Notes under the pieces: generated by a model
The model's database searches: none
What the model saw: the letters and a program-made list of their open reading frames with translations, nothing else
What the model was told of the DNA's origin: nothing
In this document: one piece after another, positions 43,019-53,835 of the stretch
How the letters are laid out: every line of letters starts with the position of its first letter
How positions within the stretch are numbered: position 1 is the stretch's first letter
DNA from: an uncultured Planctomycetaceae bacterium
GTDB taxonomy: Bacteria > Planctomycetota > Planctomycetia > Pirellulales > PALSA-1355
Length of the DNA: 64,000 nt
Assembly: GCA_963785305.1 (NCBI GenBank)
Contig: CAWAUV010000006.1
Coordinates: forward strand, 102,724-166,723
Direction of reading: 5' to 3'
Position numbers and translations under genes: made by a program

Positions 43019-43462
43019 ATGCATATCGGAATTAACGCGGGCTTGACGATGTTTTTCGCCATTGTGTTCTTACCATTCGCGGCCGGATGTCGCGCGGAGG
43101 AAGAAGTTCGGAATAAGGAGAACGCGAACACTCAAGGAGTAAGCATCGACTCCGCTGTTGTAACGATCTACATTGACGTCCAACCCGATGGGAGCACTTC
43201 TCGCAGCATCGCGGTTGAAAACAAAGAAGATATCAAACGGCTCGCCAAATTCTTTCCGGGCGCTGGAGCCGACTGGAGTTCGCCAATTGCCGGCGCCTGG
43301 GAAAGGCTCATCGACGTGAAGTTCGTAGGGGCGGACGAAAAGACCTTCACAGTCGCGAGTAATTTCAAATATTGGAGCGAAGGTCGTGGTGACCGCGATG
43401 TGGCGGGAGATTTGGAGTCGTTCACGCGAGCGCTTTTCAAGAAAGACAAAGAGCAAAAATAA
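43019..43462 (+). CDS. Orphan putative lipoprotein
   Basis: RBS GGAGG; hydrophobic N-terminus ending in lipobox-like AAGC. Confidence 0.65.
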   Translation: MHIGINAGLTMFFAIVFLPFAAGCRAEEEVRNKENANTQGVSIDSAVVTIYIDVQPDGSTSRSIAVENKEDIKRLAKFFPGAGADWSSPIAGAWERLIDVKFVGADEKTFTVASNFKYWSEGRGDRDVAGDLESFTRALFKKDKEQK

Positions 43463-43547
43463 CCCAAGCGTTCGCCTTCCGCTCGCAATCATTTTATCCG
43501 AAGCAAAGGACGCTTCGAGCGGCGCCATCCCGGGCGTGGCAGGCTGT

Positions 43548-43569
43548 ATGCCCACGCAAGCATGGGCAT
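43548..43569. repeat. REP-like palindrome
   Basis: ATGCCCACGCAAGCATGGGCAT. Confidence 0.7.
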
Positions 43570-43615
43570 GGCGCCCGGCGTAACTTCCCGACAACATGAA
43601 TTGGAGGGATTCACG

Positions 43616-44626
43616 ATGCGATACTCGAAGCAAGCGTTGGGCATGACCGCAGGCGGCGTGACGCTTGCATGCGTCGGGTTGATTTTCCGCCTGGGCAACA
43701 CGGAATCGGCCAAGGGCAGGATTCCGATTGTCTCGATCTCGAGACCGGCGAAACCGGCGATGCCCGAAGAAGCGTAGTCGGAACTATTCGATGCTCATTA
43801 CAATGAAATTCTCGACAAGATAGGCCGTGATCGTCACGATGTTTCCGCCTTGGCGTCGTTGGTGGAAAGGGTTTATGAAACATGGCGCCGGCCTGAAATG
43901 GATAGATATCTGCGTGGCGAGATTTACCTCGAACTATGTTACGTTTGTGGGACACGATCCGCCTGTCCGCGCGCCCAGGCCTTGGAGCGGGCATACGCCG
44001 CGAAGGCGCTGGCTCGCCCTGATGAAATTCCGGTCGAACATCAACTGGAGCTCGTGTGGCGAACGCAACGATTGACCGAACCGTATTTGCCGGATGGAAG
44101 CGACGAGGAATTCCGGAATAAGGATTTGCGAGCGGAACTCGAGTTCGCGACCCGACGGGAACGCGCTCTTCGGTATTACATCGACGCGTGGCGGCGTTTG
44201 GAATCCGAAATCGATCCCGACTGGGACGAGACGGATATCGATTTCGGCCCGCACGCGATGGGGTTCGCTCCGTCGGAAGATGAGTCCCCGGCGGACACAG
44301 CCCAGCGGATGGCATGCGTGAAAAAATTCGACAATTACAATCGACAATGCAAGTTGCGCAGATTGAAGTCCGAATTTATGGAGCCGTGGCTGACCGGCGC
44401 GGCGGATTGCTATTCCTATCGTCCCTATGCCATCGACGAACTCGAGGCCGTGCTTCGCCGTCATCAGTTCGATCGCGAACTCACCGAAAAGATTGTCGGG
44501 CTCGCCCGCGCCAACGTCGCGAAAGCCCAAGAAGAAGCCCGAGCTCATGCGGAAGACATGGCCGCATTTCGCCGCAAGAACGGCAAGGACGACGCGGACG
44601 CCGAAGAGCCGCCCGCCGACCCTTGA
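43616..44626 (+). pseudogene. Orphan exported helical protein with in-frame TAG at 43775
   Basis: RBS GGAGGG + ATG 43616; after the TAG, 24 sense codons lead in frame into ORF 43850-44626. Confidence 0.6.
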
Positions 44627-44730
44627 TTTTGTCGCAATATCGCCGCGCATGGACTCGTAGCGCCATCGACCGCGACCGGTCGGCGGCGCTCGCGCTCTCA
44701 TCCATACATTCATCCCATGCGAGCGCTTTC

Positions 44731-45672
44731 ATGGATGCCTGCCTCCCTCGCCGCTCTCCGCCGGATATTCGCTTTCATCGCCGCCTGCCGGGCGAGCTGG
44801 CCGCGATCACCTGTTATTTCAATCCATGCGATTATTCCCGTCCGAAGCGAAATTATCACGAGTTCGCCGCCGGGTTGGCCGGGCAAGGGGCGCCGCTGTT
44901 TACCATCGAACTGGCGTTCGCCGATCGGCCGTTTTTCTTGCCGGAGAGCGAGCGGGTGCTTCGCCTGCGCGGCGCCGATGTCTTGTGGCAGAAAGAGCGT
45001 TTGCTGAATGTGCTGATCGCTCGTTTGCCGGCCCGCTACGATAAGATCGCCTGGATCGACGCCGACCTGCTGTTCGACAATCCTCGCTGGGCCGCCGAAG
45101 CGGCGCTCCGCCTCGAAGAATATCCGGTGGTGCAACTCTTCGATCGGGCCGAACAACTCGACGCGCGCCGTTGCGCGGCGTTTTCCCGGCCTGGCGTGGC
45201 GTGCGCGGTTGCCCAAGGCAACATCGACGCCCGCCGTTTCAATCGAGTGCATCCCGGCTTTGCCTGGGCGGCGCGGTGCGAGCTTCTCGATCGCCACGGA
45301 CTGCTGGACGACAATGTGCTCGGCTCGGCGGACGGCGTGATGGTGCATGCGATGTTCGGCTGGTGGGACCATCCGTTCTTTCGGCACTACAACGAGGCGA
45401 TGCGGCGCAGTTCGCTCGCATGGGCCCGTCCCTTCCATGAAGAGGTTCAAGGCCGGGTCGGATTCGTTCGCGGGTCCGTGCGGCATCTTTGGCATGGTTC
45501 GCGGGACAATCGCCGCTATTTGGAACGAATTCGCTATCTGACCGACAATGCCTTCGATCCGGCCCGCGATCTGCGGCGCGACTCCGGAGGGCTTTGGCGC
45601 TGGGCAAGCGAAAAGCCGCTACTGCATCGGCAAGTGCGACGTTATTTTCTCGAGCGGAAGGAGGACGAATGA
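44731..45672 (+). CDS. GT-A-fold glycosyltransferase-like protein
   Basis: TCYFNP, LWQKERLLN, AWIDADLLF (DxD), HLWHG. Confidence 0.7.
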   Translation: MDACLPRRSPPDIRFHRRLPGELAAITCYFNPCDYSRPKRNYHEFAAGLAGQGAPLFTIELAFADRPFFLPESERVLRLRGADVLWQKERLLNVLIARLPARYDKIAWIDADLLFDNPRWAAEAALRLEEYPVVQLFDRAEQLDARRCAAFSRPGVACAVAQGNIDARRFNRVHPGFAWAARCELLDRHGLLDDNVLGSADGVMVHAMFGWWDHPFFRHYNEAMRRSSLAWARPFHEEVQGRVGFVRGSVRHLWHGSRDNRRYLERIRYLTDNAFDPARDLRRDSGGLWRWASEKPLLHRQVRRYFLERKEDE

Positions 45673-46594
45673 CGCCACCCAAGGTGTTCCATCACTGGGA
45701 TTCCCTCTCGCCGCCCGTGCTGCGTTATTTCAATCTCAACGACGCGGAGATCGGCCACTGGCTTCCCGAACGCAAAATCTACCGGCTGCCGATGTATGGC
45801 TGGCATTACACCGCCGAGCGCATCGAACGTCTCCATCGCGAGGCGTGCGAGCTGCGGCCCGAGCATCGCTTGCACCATCTGATCAACGAGTCGGATGTTT
45901 GCCGCGAACTCGCGGCGCGGGGTGTTCCGGCGTCGCTTGTGAACCACAATGCATTTCTCGACGAACGGCAGTTCACGGTCGCGGCCGGCGCCGAAAGCGC
46001 TTCGACGCCATCTACAACGCCAGGATGAAGCCGTTCAAGCGGCATGCGCTTGCCCGGGGCGTGCGCCGGCTGTTGATCGTGGGCGGCGTCCATGCGGCGG
46101 GCGACAGCGAGCATTATTTCGAACAAACCCGCACGGCGCTTCCGCAGGCCGTCTTTACGCATGCCGGAGATCCGCGAAAAATGCTGGCGCCGAGTGAAAT
46201 CACGCGACTTATCGCGCAAGCGAGAGTCGGGCTCTGCCTCTCCGGCGTCGAGGGAGCGATGTACGCCGCCACGGAATATTTGCTCTGCGGTTTACCGGTG
46301 GTCTCGACCGCGAGTCTCGGCGGGCGCGACGAATGGTTCGACACCCGCTATGTGCGCGTCGTTCCCGATGATTCGAGCGCCGTCGCGGCTGCCGTGGATG
46401 AATTGGCGAGCCGGCAATTCGATCCGTGCTGGATCCGCCAACAGACACTCATGAAGATGTGGCCCCACCGACGCCGGTACGTCGATGTCGTCCAGAATAT
46501 TTTCGACGCCGAGCTCGCCGGCCGCGACTTCGCCCGCGAGTGGCATGAGCGATTCGCCAATAAAATCGGCGAATGGCGACCGCTGGCCGCCTGA
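45669..46594 (+). CDS. GT-B (GT4-like) glycosyltransferase; frameshift near 45997
   Basis: ATGA overlap with the upstream gene; FDAIYNAR, LCLSGVEGAMYAATEYLLCGLPVVST (E-x7-E). Confidence 0.75.
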
Positions 46595-46597
46595 ATG

Positions 46598-46912
46598 TCA
46601 AGGCTGCTCGGCGGCGCGGTGGCGCTGGGCGCGGTCGTAGATGCCGGGCATGCAGGGCAATTCCGTGTAGAACTTGGCGCAGGGGTCGATGCCCAGGCGC
46701 TCGTTGCGGGCGGTCATCTCGCGAATCGTCGGCTGGCGGCCGATCCACGGCAGCACGGCCAGCCAAACGACGCCGCCGAGCACGACAATGCCCGCAAGCC
46801 GCCATGCGCCGCGCCGCGCTGCGGGTGGAGCGGGCAGGGGCGCCGCGAGCGCGGCATTGCGTGGCGCGGCATTGCCTAGCGCGTCGTTATTTGTTGAGCG
46901 ATTTGGCGGCAT
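46598..46912 (-). CDS. Small membrane hypothetical protein
   Basis: One TM, then LGIDP..FYTE; lies directly downstream of the YeiH-like gene. Confidence 0.5.
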   Translation of the reverse strand: MPPNRSTNNDALGNAAPRNAALAAPLPAPPAARRGAWRLAGIVVLGGVVWLAVLPWIGRQPTIREMTARNERLGIDPCAKFYTELPCMPGIYDRAQRHRAAEQP

Positions 46913-48509
46913 CGGGAAATACCTTTTCGAACATCAGCCAGCACATCAGCAAGCTGAGCGCCAAGTTCAGCGCCTGGCCACACACATAGAGCACGAGCGG
47001 CTTGCCGCCGACCAGGAAGCGGCGCAGCTCGCGGAAATTCGTCTCCAGTCCAATGCTCACGAACGCCAAGCAAAACAACCAATTGCGAAGCGGGCCCGTG
47101 AAACCGAGGACTACGGCGTCGGAGATCGCCCGCCGTTCCGGGCCGCTGGCCGAGACAAAGGTGAACAGGATCGAAGCCGCCACGAAGCCGAGCACGAATT
47201 TCGGAAACCGGCGCCAAATCTCGGCGGCATTCGGCTTTCGCGCATCGCTCGTCGGCTCGACCACCGTGACCCAGTACACGGCCACGCCGAAGGCGACGAA
47301 ACCGATCAAAATGTTTTGAATCATTTTCACGGTGGCTGCCACGGTGAGCGCGTTGGGCCCGAGCATGCCGCCCGCCGCGGCGACGGCGCCGGTCGAGTCG
47401 ATCGTGCCGCCAATCCATGCGCCGCCCACGACCTCGCCCAGCCCCATCCAACCGATGATCGGCGGCATTAGCACCATCATCACCACCGTGAAAGCGAGCG
47501 AGAGACCAATGGCGAGCGAGAGCTCTTCTTTCTTGGCCCGGCAGGCCGCCGCCGTGGCGATTGCCGCCGACACGCCGCACACGGACATATCGGCGCAAAT
47601 CACCATGTTCAAGCTTCGCGAGGGAATCTTCAGCACGCGCTGTCCGAAGATATACGTGCCGATCAACACGATGGGCGTTACGGTCCATGAAACGAAAACG
47701 CCCGGCACTCCCAGGGCCAGTAGGCGATTGAACAGCACTTCCGCCCCCAGTAACACCAGGCCGATCTTGATGTAAAACTCGGTGCGAATCGCCGGCCGCA
47801 GAAACTCGGGGGCGCCGACCGTGTTGCTGATCAGCAGCCCGACGACAAGCGCCAGAGCGCATATTCCAGATTCAGATCATTGATGACCTTTTGCCCGGCG
47901 AGCAGAAACGCGAGAGTCGCCAAGGCAAACACGACCGGCAGGGCAATGAACACGCCGGGCTGCCATTGCCGCATGCCCAACAGCCCCACGACAAGCAGCG
48001 CGAGCACCAGGCCGAATGCGCCGCCGACGCCGGGCCACAGGCTCTTGCCCTTCTTGCTAACGAACGCGCCAAGCGGGTCGGAGCTCCATGGGCTGAGCTT
48101 CGCCATGAACGGCTTCAGTGGGTTGATTGCAAGTCGCCCGCGGGCCTCGTCGCGATCATCGCGAACTGCCTTGAGATATTTTTCATGGTCGATCTTCGCC
48201 TGCTTGGCCGCTGCTTTCTCCTCGTCGCTCGCCGACTCGGGCGCCGCGGCCGGCGGCGGCGCGGCTTCCGCCGCCGTGAGCTTTTCGCCGGCTTCCCGAT
48301 ACGCGGCGCCGCGGGCGTCGAGATCGCCCGGCGTGGAACACCAAGTGGCTGTCAGCGCCAGCAGCAAGATCGCTCCGCCGAGCCAGAATGGCCCACACAT
48401 CCTCGCTCCGCCAGGGCGAGCTCTCGATCACGACCACCGGCGCATCGGAATCGGACTCCGCGGACCGCGAATCGCTCGGGCGCGGCGCGGGAGATTGCGA
48501 ATCAGCCAT
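46887..48509 (-). CDS. YeiH-like putative sulfate exporter family transporter; frameshifts near 48390 and 47850
   Basis: [47 protein letters not shown]. Confidence 0.85.
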
Positions 48510-48573
48510 GAATTTCTCGGACCTGTAAGGCGGAGGTGGAAAGGGGAAGTGTTCGGCAAAATCGCCGTGTCGG

Positions 48574-49365
48574 CTAGGGCCGTCGCTCGCCCAAGAGCGT
48601 GTCGACGGCGGCGCCGATATCGGGGCTGGCCATGAGGCTTTCGCCGACCAAGATCGCGTCGACGCTCGCCGCTTCCAGCCGCGCGACATCGGCCCGAGAG
48701 CGAATGCCGCTTTCACTCACCAGCACGCATTGATCGGGCACCCGCTCGCGCAAGCGGAGCGTATGTTCGAGATCGGTTTCAAAAGAACGCAGATCGCGAT
48801 TATTGACGCCGATGAGCGTGGCCCCGGCATCGAACACGCGCGTGAGATTCTGCGGTTCATATAGCTCGACGAGCGCCGCCATGCCCAGCGAGCGGGCGAG
48901 CGCATGCAGCGATTCGAGGCTCGCGTCGTCGAGACATTCGGCGATCAGCAGCACCGCGTCGGCCCCGGCGGCCCGGGCCTGGTAAAGTTGATACGGATCG
49001 AGAATAAAATCCTTCCGCAAGAGCGGCAACTTCACGGCCTCGCGAACCCGGCCGAGATACGCCAGGTCGCCTTGAAAATATTCGCGATCGGTCAACACAC
49101 TTAGGCATGTCGCGCCGTGGCGCTCATAAATCTTGGCGATCTCGACCGGATCGAAATCGGCCCGAATCACGCCCTTCGAAGGGCTCGCCTTCTTGATTTC
49201 GGCGATCAAACGAATCGGCCCCGGCGCGGCGAGCGGAGAAAAAAAGTCGCGCGGCGCGTCGGCGTTTTCCGCTCGCGCGCGCACTTCGGCCAGCGGCTGC
49301 ACGGCCTTGGCCGCCGCGATTTCGCGGCGCTTGGTCGCCATGATTTTATCGAGCACATTCGCCAT
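48574..49365 (-). CDS. trpC: Indole-3-glycerol phosphate synthase
   Basis: IAEIKKASPSKG, LSVLTD, LRKDFI, GVNNRDL, SESGI, LVGESLM. Confidence 0.96.
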   Translation of the reverse strand: MANVLDKIMATKRREIAAAKAVQPLAEVRARAENADAPRDFFSPLAAPGPIRLIAEIKKASPSKGVIRADFDPVEIAKIYERHGATCLSVLTDREYFQGDLAYLGRVREAVKLPLLRKDFILDPYQLYQARAAGADAVLLIAECLDDASLESLHALARSLGMAALVELYEPQNLTRVFDAGATLIGVNNRDLRSFETDLEHTLRLRERVPDQCVLVSESGIRSRADVARLEAASVDAILVGESLMASPDIGAAVDTLLGERRP

Positions 49366-49437
49366 GAAAGACTCGTGGGCGGCGCCTGGAATTCGACGGC
49401 GCCAAGAATTCAACGATGCCGAGCTTCACCAGGCGGC

Positions 49438-51006
49438 TCAATGCTTAAAATGGCGCCGGCCGGTGAAGATCATCGCCAAGCCGAGGCGATTCGCGGCTTC
49501 GATCACTTCGGCGTCCTTGCGCGAGCCGCCGGGTTGGATGATGGCGGCCACGCCCGCGGCCGCCGCTTTTTCAATCGAATCGGGAAACGGAAAAAACGCG
49601 TCGGAAGCCAACACCGATCCCCGGCTACGCTCGCCCGCCTTTTTGATCGCGATCTCGACCGAATCGATCCGGCTCATCTGTCCCGCGCCCACTCCCACAA
49701 GCGCGCATCCATTGGCCAGCACGATCGCATTCGACTTCACGCGCCGCACAAGCCGCCAAGCGAACCGCAATTGCGGCATCACGCTCGCGGCAGGCTGGGC
49801 CGAGGTGACGACTTGCCACTCGGATTCATGGTCTTCCGCCGAATCCGCGTCTTGCGCCAGCCAACCGCCGCCGATCTGCCGCCACTCGATGGTGGGCGAC
49901 GGCGGATCAAGCCGGCCGACTTTCATCAGCCGCACATTGGCTTTCCATTTCGGCCGCGTCGTGAGAATCTCGAGCGCCGCGGGCTCGAAGTCGGGCGCCA
50001 CGATCGCTTCGACGAACAGCCCCGGCGCGGAAAGCGCTTCGGCCGTGGCCACATCGACCACGCGGTTGATCCCCAGCACCGAGCCGAATGCGCTTTCGCG
50101 GTCGCCATCGAGGGCGAGTTGCAATGCATCGACCAACCGCTCCGCCATCGCCGCGCCGCAGGGGTTGTTGTGCTTGAGCACCGCCACGGCCGGCTCGGCC
50201 AGCGGACGCACAATCGCCAGCGCGCTATCGAGATCGAGCAGATTGTTGTACGAAAGCTCTTTGCCCGCGAGTTGCTGGGCCGAAACAAGACTTGGCCCCC
50301 GGGCCGATTCGTCGACATAAAGCGCCGCTTTTTGATGGGGGTTCTCGCCGTAGCGCAGTTCCGTTTTTCGCCGCGCGGCGAGCGTGACTTGCGACGCAAA
50401 CACGGTCTCGCCGACCTGCCGGTTCAGATAGGCGGCGATCGCGCGATCGTAGGCCGCGGTGCGGGCGAACGCGGCCCGGGCCAAGCCGCGTCGCTCGTCG
50501 AGCGTCGTCGCGCCACGCGTGGCGATAGCCTCCAGAATCGGGGCGTATTGTTCGGGATCGGTCGCCACGGTGACGAACGCTTGATTCTTGGCCGCCGCGC
50601 GAATCAAACTCGGCCCGCCGATATCGATCTGTTCGATGGCTTCATCGAGCGTCGCATCGCCCCGGGCGACGGTCGCCTCGAACGGATAGAGGTTCACCAC
50701 CACGAGTTCGAACGTCAGGATTTCGTGCGTGGCGAGAGACCGCATATCGTCGTCGCGATCGCGCCGCGCCAAGATGCCGCCGAAGATGCGCGGATGCAGC
50801 GTCTTGATTCGACCATCGAGCATTTCGGGAAAGCCGGTGTAGGCCGCCACGTCGACGACGGTCAGGCCCTCGTTTTGAAGGAACTGCCGCGTGCCGCCGG
50901 TGCTGTAGAGCTCGACCCCGGCCGCCGCGAGTCCGCGGGCAAAATCGGCCAAGCCCATCTTGTTGCTCACGCTGATCAAGGCGCGGCGAATACGTGGCGA
51001 ATCCAT
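49438..51006 (-). CDS. purH: Bifunctional AICAR transformylase/IMP cyclohydrolase
   Basis: RALISVSNK, STGGT, KTLHP, IDIGGP, LRYGENPHQ, ASDAFFPF, RHFKH. Confidence 0.97.
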   Translation of the reverse strand: MDSPRIRRALISVSNKMGLADFARGLAAAGVELYSTGGTRQFLQNEGLTVVDVAAYTGFPEMLDGRIKTLHPRIFGGILARRDRDDDMRSLATHEILTFELVVVNLYPFEATVARGDATLDEAIEQIDIGGPSLIRAAAKNQAFVTVATDPEQYAPILEAIATRGATTLDERRGLARAAFARTAAYDRAIAAYLNRQVGETVFASQVTLAARRKTELRYGENPHQKAALYVDESARGPSLVSAQQLAGKELSYNNLLDLDSALAIVRPLAEPAVAVLKHNNPCGAAMAERLVDALQLALDGDRESAFGSVLGINRVVDVATAEALSAPGLFVEAIVAPDFEPAALEILTTRPKWKANVRLMKVGRLDPPSPTIEWRQIGGGWLAQDADSAEDHESEWQVVTSAQPAASVMPQLRFAWRLVRRVKSNAIVLANGCALVGVGAGQMSRIDSVEIAIKKAGERSRGSVLASDAFFPFPDSIEKAAAAGVAAIIQPGGSRKDAEVIEAANRLGLAMIFTGRRHFKH

Positions 51007-51159
51007 TGGGCGAACAGGGCTCCCAAGAAAAACGATGAGGCAATCCGACCGCTCGCATCAAAAGAGCGATCCCGCCGAACGATTCGGCAAAACCCACGAG
51101 CCGCTAGCGCTCGCGAGGCGTTCCAGCATAGCAATGCCGAAGCCCAGCCGAAAGCGGCG

Positions 51160-51945
51160 TTAGGGTCGCGGGAATTCGGGGCGCCGGAGTTGCGATTGGG
51201 GGCTCGCCGCGTCGCTCGGGCCCCACACCCGGACGGCGGTCACCTTGCCCGTGTCGTCGAACGAGCCGAACCCGAGCCAGCCAGCGCCGAAGGTCTTGTC
51301 TTCAGCCACCATGATCGGCCGGGTCATATCCTCGAAGTTGACTTTGATCTGGCCCGAGGCGAGGCGCCGTTCGAGCCGCACATGCCGCCAGACATTGAGC
51401 CCCCAGTTGTTGCCGGAGTTCGACTCTTGCGAGATTTTGCGGCGCGGGGCGTCGTCGACGATGAATATCTGATTCGCGTGATCGTCGGCCTTGGTGGCGA
51501 TATGCACATAATAATAGTTCGCCGGGTCTTGGTAGCCGAAGAACAGCACCATGTCGCGATGGCCATATTCCTTGCCGGTTTGCATGCACTCGACATCGAG
51601 CACGAAGTCGCCGAATTGCTTGTCGCCCACCAGCGCGATGTTCACCGGCGAGCGGAATGGCGGCTTGTAGTTGCTCTGCTTGACCAGCTCCAGCGCCGGT
51701 TTGTCGCCCGAGGGCGAAATGCGCCAAGCGGCCGGATCGCTGAACACGAAATCACTCACCGCCTGGGGCGCAGCGAAGTCCTGCGAATACTGAAGCCTGT
51801 AGTCCGCGGGAATGTCGGCCGGCTTTTCCTCGGCCGGGGCAAGCGAGGCGCCCGCGCCCGAAAACACGATCGCCGCGATGGCCGTCGCCACGACACGACA
51901 TCGACCGATCATCCCGATTCCGGCGGATTGTCTCGCGCGCGCCAT
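51160..51945 (-). CDS. Secreted concanavalin/DUF1080-like domain protein
   Basis: Signal peptide; FGDFVLDVE, YYYVH, WRHVRLER, GFGSFDDTG. Confidence 0.7.
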   Translation of the reverse strand: MARARQSAGIGMIGRCRVVATAIAAIVFSGAGASLAPAEEKPADIPADYRLQYSQDFAAPQAVSDFVFSDPAAWRISPSGDKPALELVKQSNYKPPFRSPVNIALVGDKQFGDFVLDVECMQTGKEYGHRDMVLFFGYQDPANYYYVHIATKADDHANQIFIVDDAPRRKISQESNSGNNWGLNVWRHVRLERRLASGQIKVNFEDMTRPIMVAEDKTFGAGWLGFGSFDDTGKVTAVRVWGPSDAASPQSQLRRPEFPRP

Positions 51946-52388
51946 GTCGCTGCTCCGTGGGCCTTTTGGTTTCGGTTCGGGGCGGCCGGTTTTTTGGAAC
52001 ACCGGCTCGGCAAGCGTGAATGCTAGAAGCGACCGATGCGCGAATCAAGCAAAAATCAGCCGGCCCGGTTCCCGAGGGCGATCTTCGTCTCCTGCTTGCC
52101 CCGATGGCGTATCCGGCGGCCGAGGGGATTTGTCACCGATATTTTCGATGTGTCGAATTCGCTTGGGTCGGCCCGAGCGGTACGATACAATAAAACGCGC
52201 CCACGCTTTTTGTTAGCCCTCCTAATCCGACTCCGCCGGTTTCCGAGCCTAAGAGATATCCGCCGATCCCGACAACCCGCCAATCGCCCGCGAATGCCTC
52301 GAGGGAAGGCGAACACGGATTGGCCCCCAACCCTATCGCGACCGCGCCCCGCCTCTGGGCGGTAGACGCGGCTAGAATGCCATAGTCC

Positions 52389-53729
52389 ATGCTCCAACTC
52401 ACATCCGCGCCCCTGAATTTTTCGTCGAACCGTTTGCTCGGCTCCTGGGTGAATGGCGCCCTCGTGCTCGCGGCAGGTTTGATCCTGTCCGCATCGGCGT
52501 TCGCGGTCGAAGCCGAAAAGAATTGGCCCTCGTTTCGCGGGCCCCAGCGCACTGGCGTGTCGACCGAGACGGGCCTTTTGCAATCGTGGCCAAAAGACGG
52601 TCCGCCGCTGGCGTGGAAGGCCGATGGCGCTGGCCGCGGCTATGCGAGCCTCGCGGTCGTGGGCGATCGCATTTACACGCTCGGCGACGCCCCCAGCGGC
52701 GCCGACGACGAAGATGAGTATCTGCTCGCCTTCAACCGCAAAGACGGCAGCCGGCTTTGGAAACTCAAGACCGGCGACGCTTGGAAAGAAGGCAAGCCCG
52801 ACTGGCAAAGCTCGCGTTCCACGCCCACGGTCGATGGCGATTCGGTCTACGCCCTCACGGCCCGCGGCGAGCTCGTGGCGGCCGAGGCGGCCACCGGCAA
52901 GGAACGCTGGCGAAAGAATCTGAAGTCGGACTTCGATGGCAAGAAAGGCGATGGCTGGGGATATAGCGAGTCGGTGCTCGTCGATGGCGACCAGCTCGTC
53001 TGCACCCCGGGCGGCGACAAGGCGACGATGATCGCGCTCAATAAGAACAACGGCGAATTGATCTGGAAAGTCTCCCGGCCCGACGATCGCGGGGCGGGTC
53101 ATGCGTCGATCGTGATCGCCGAGATCGGCGGGACTCGCGTCTACGTGCAAACCACGGCCAGCGGCCCGATGGGCGTGCGGGCCAACGACGGCAAATTGCT
53201 CTGGACCTACGATATCGACAAGACCACGGCCGTGATTCCGACTCCGATCGTGCGCGGCGACCTCGTATTCTTCGCCGCCGGCTATAAACGCGGCGGCGCG
53301 CTCTTGCGGCAAATGCCCGCTGCCGATGGCGAAGTGAAGATCGAAGAAGTCTATGGCCTCAAAAAGGAGCTCGCCAACAAGCACGGCGGTATTGTGCTGG
53401 TGGGCGATTATTTGTTCGGCGATTCCGACGACGCGGGCATCCCCTTTTGCGCCGATTTGCTCACCGGCGACATCAAGTGGAAGAGCCGCGCCTCGGGTTC
53501 CGGCTCCGCCGCGTTTGCCGCGGCCGATGGATGCCTCTATATCCATTTCGCCAACGGCATGGTGTCGCTTGTAAAGGCGACGCCCGACGGTTTCGAGGAA
53601 GTGGGCTCCTTCAAGGCGCCGGATAGCGGCGACCGACCGAGCTGGTCGCACCCGGTGATCGTGGGCGGCATGCTCTATCTTCGCGAGCAAGACCACCTGC
53701 TTTGCTACGATGTGCGAGCCGGCCATTGA
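52389..53729 (+). CDS. PQQ-like beta-propeller repeat protein
   Basis: WPSFRGPQRTG, RSTPTVDGD, WGYSES.LVDG, WSHPVI.GG.LYLR. Confidence 0.88.
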   Translation: MLQLTSAPLNFSSNRLLGSWVNGALVLAAGLILSASAFAVEAEKNWPSFRGPQRTGVSTETGLLQSWPKDGPPLAWKADGAGRGYASLAVVGDRIYTLGDAPSGADDEDEYLLAFNRKDGSRLWKLKTGDAWKEGKPDWQSSRSTPTVDGDSVYALTARGELVAAEAATGKERWRKNLKSDFDGKKGDGWGYSESVLVDGDQLVCTPGGDKATMIALNKNNGELIWKVSRPDDRGAGHASIVIAEIGGTRVYVQTTASGPMGVRANDGKLLWTYDIDKTTAVIPTPIVRGDLVFFAAGYKRGGALLRQMPAADGEVKIEEVYGLKKELANKHGGIVLVGDYLFGDSDDAGIPFCADLLTGDIKWKSRASGSGSAAFAAADGCLYIHFANGMVSLVKATPDGFEEVGSFKAPDSGDRPSWSHPVIVGGMLYLREQDHLLCYDVRAGH

Positions 53730-53835
53730 ATGCGCCAAAGCCTCGGGCCTATCGCCAAGGCGATGGCATTTGGCGGCGTCTGGCCGGCTCATCCCAATAT
53801 TTCCGTTTCCCGTTTTTTGAAGCAAGGACCTCGCC

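Noticed and set aside
42812..43569. Repeated palindromes as a CRISPR array or integron attC sites
   Set aside because: Irregular spacing, no cas genes or integrase, no RYYYAAC/GTTRRRY cores; they match dispersed REP-like repeats.
49117..52026. Long antisense ORFs (969 aa here; also 36078-38210, 52056-53981, 55783-58485)
   Set aside because: Shadow frames opposite well-supported genes, expected in high-GC DNA.
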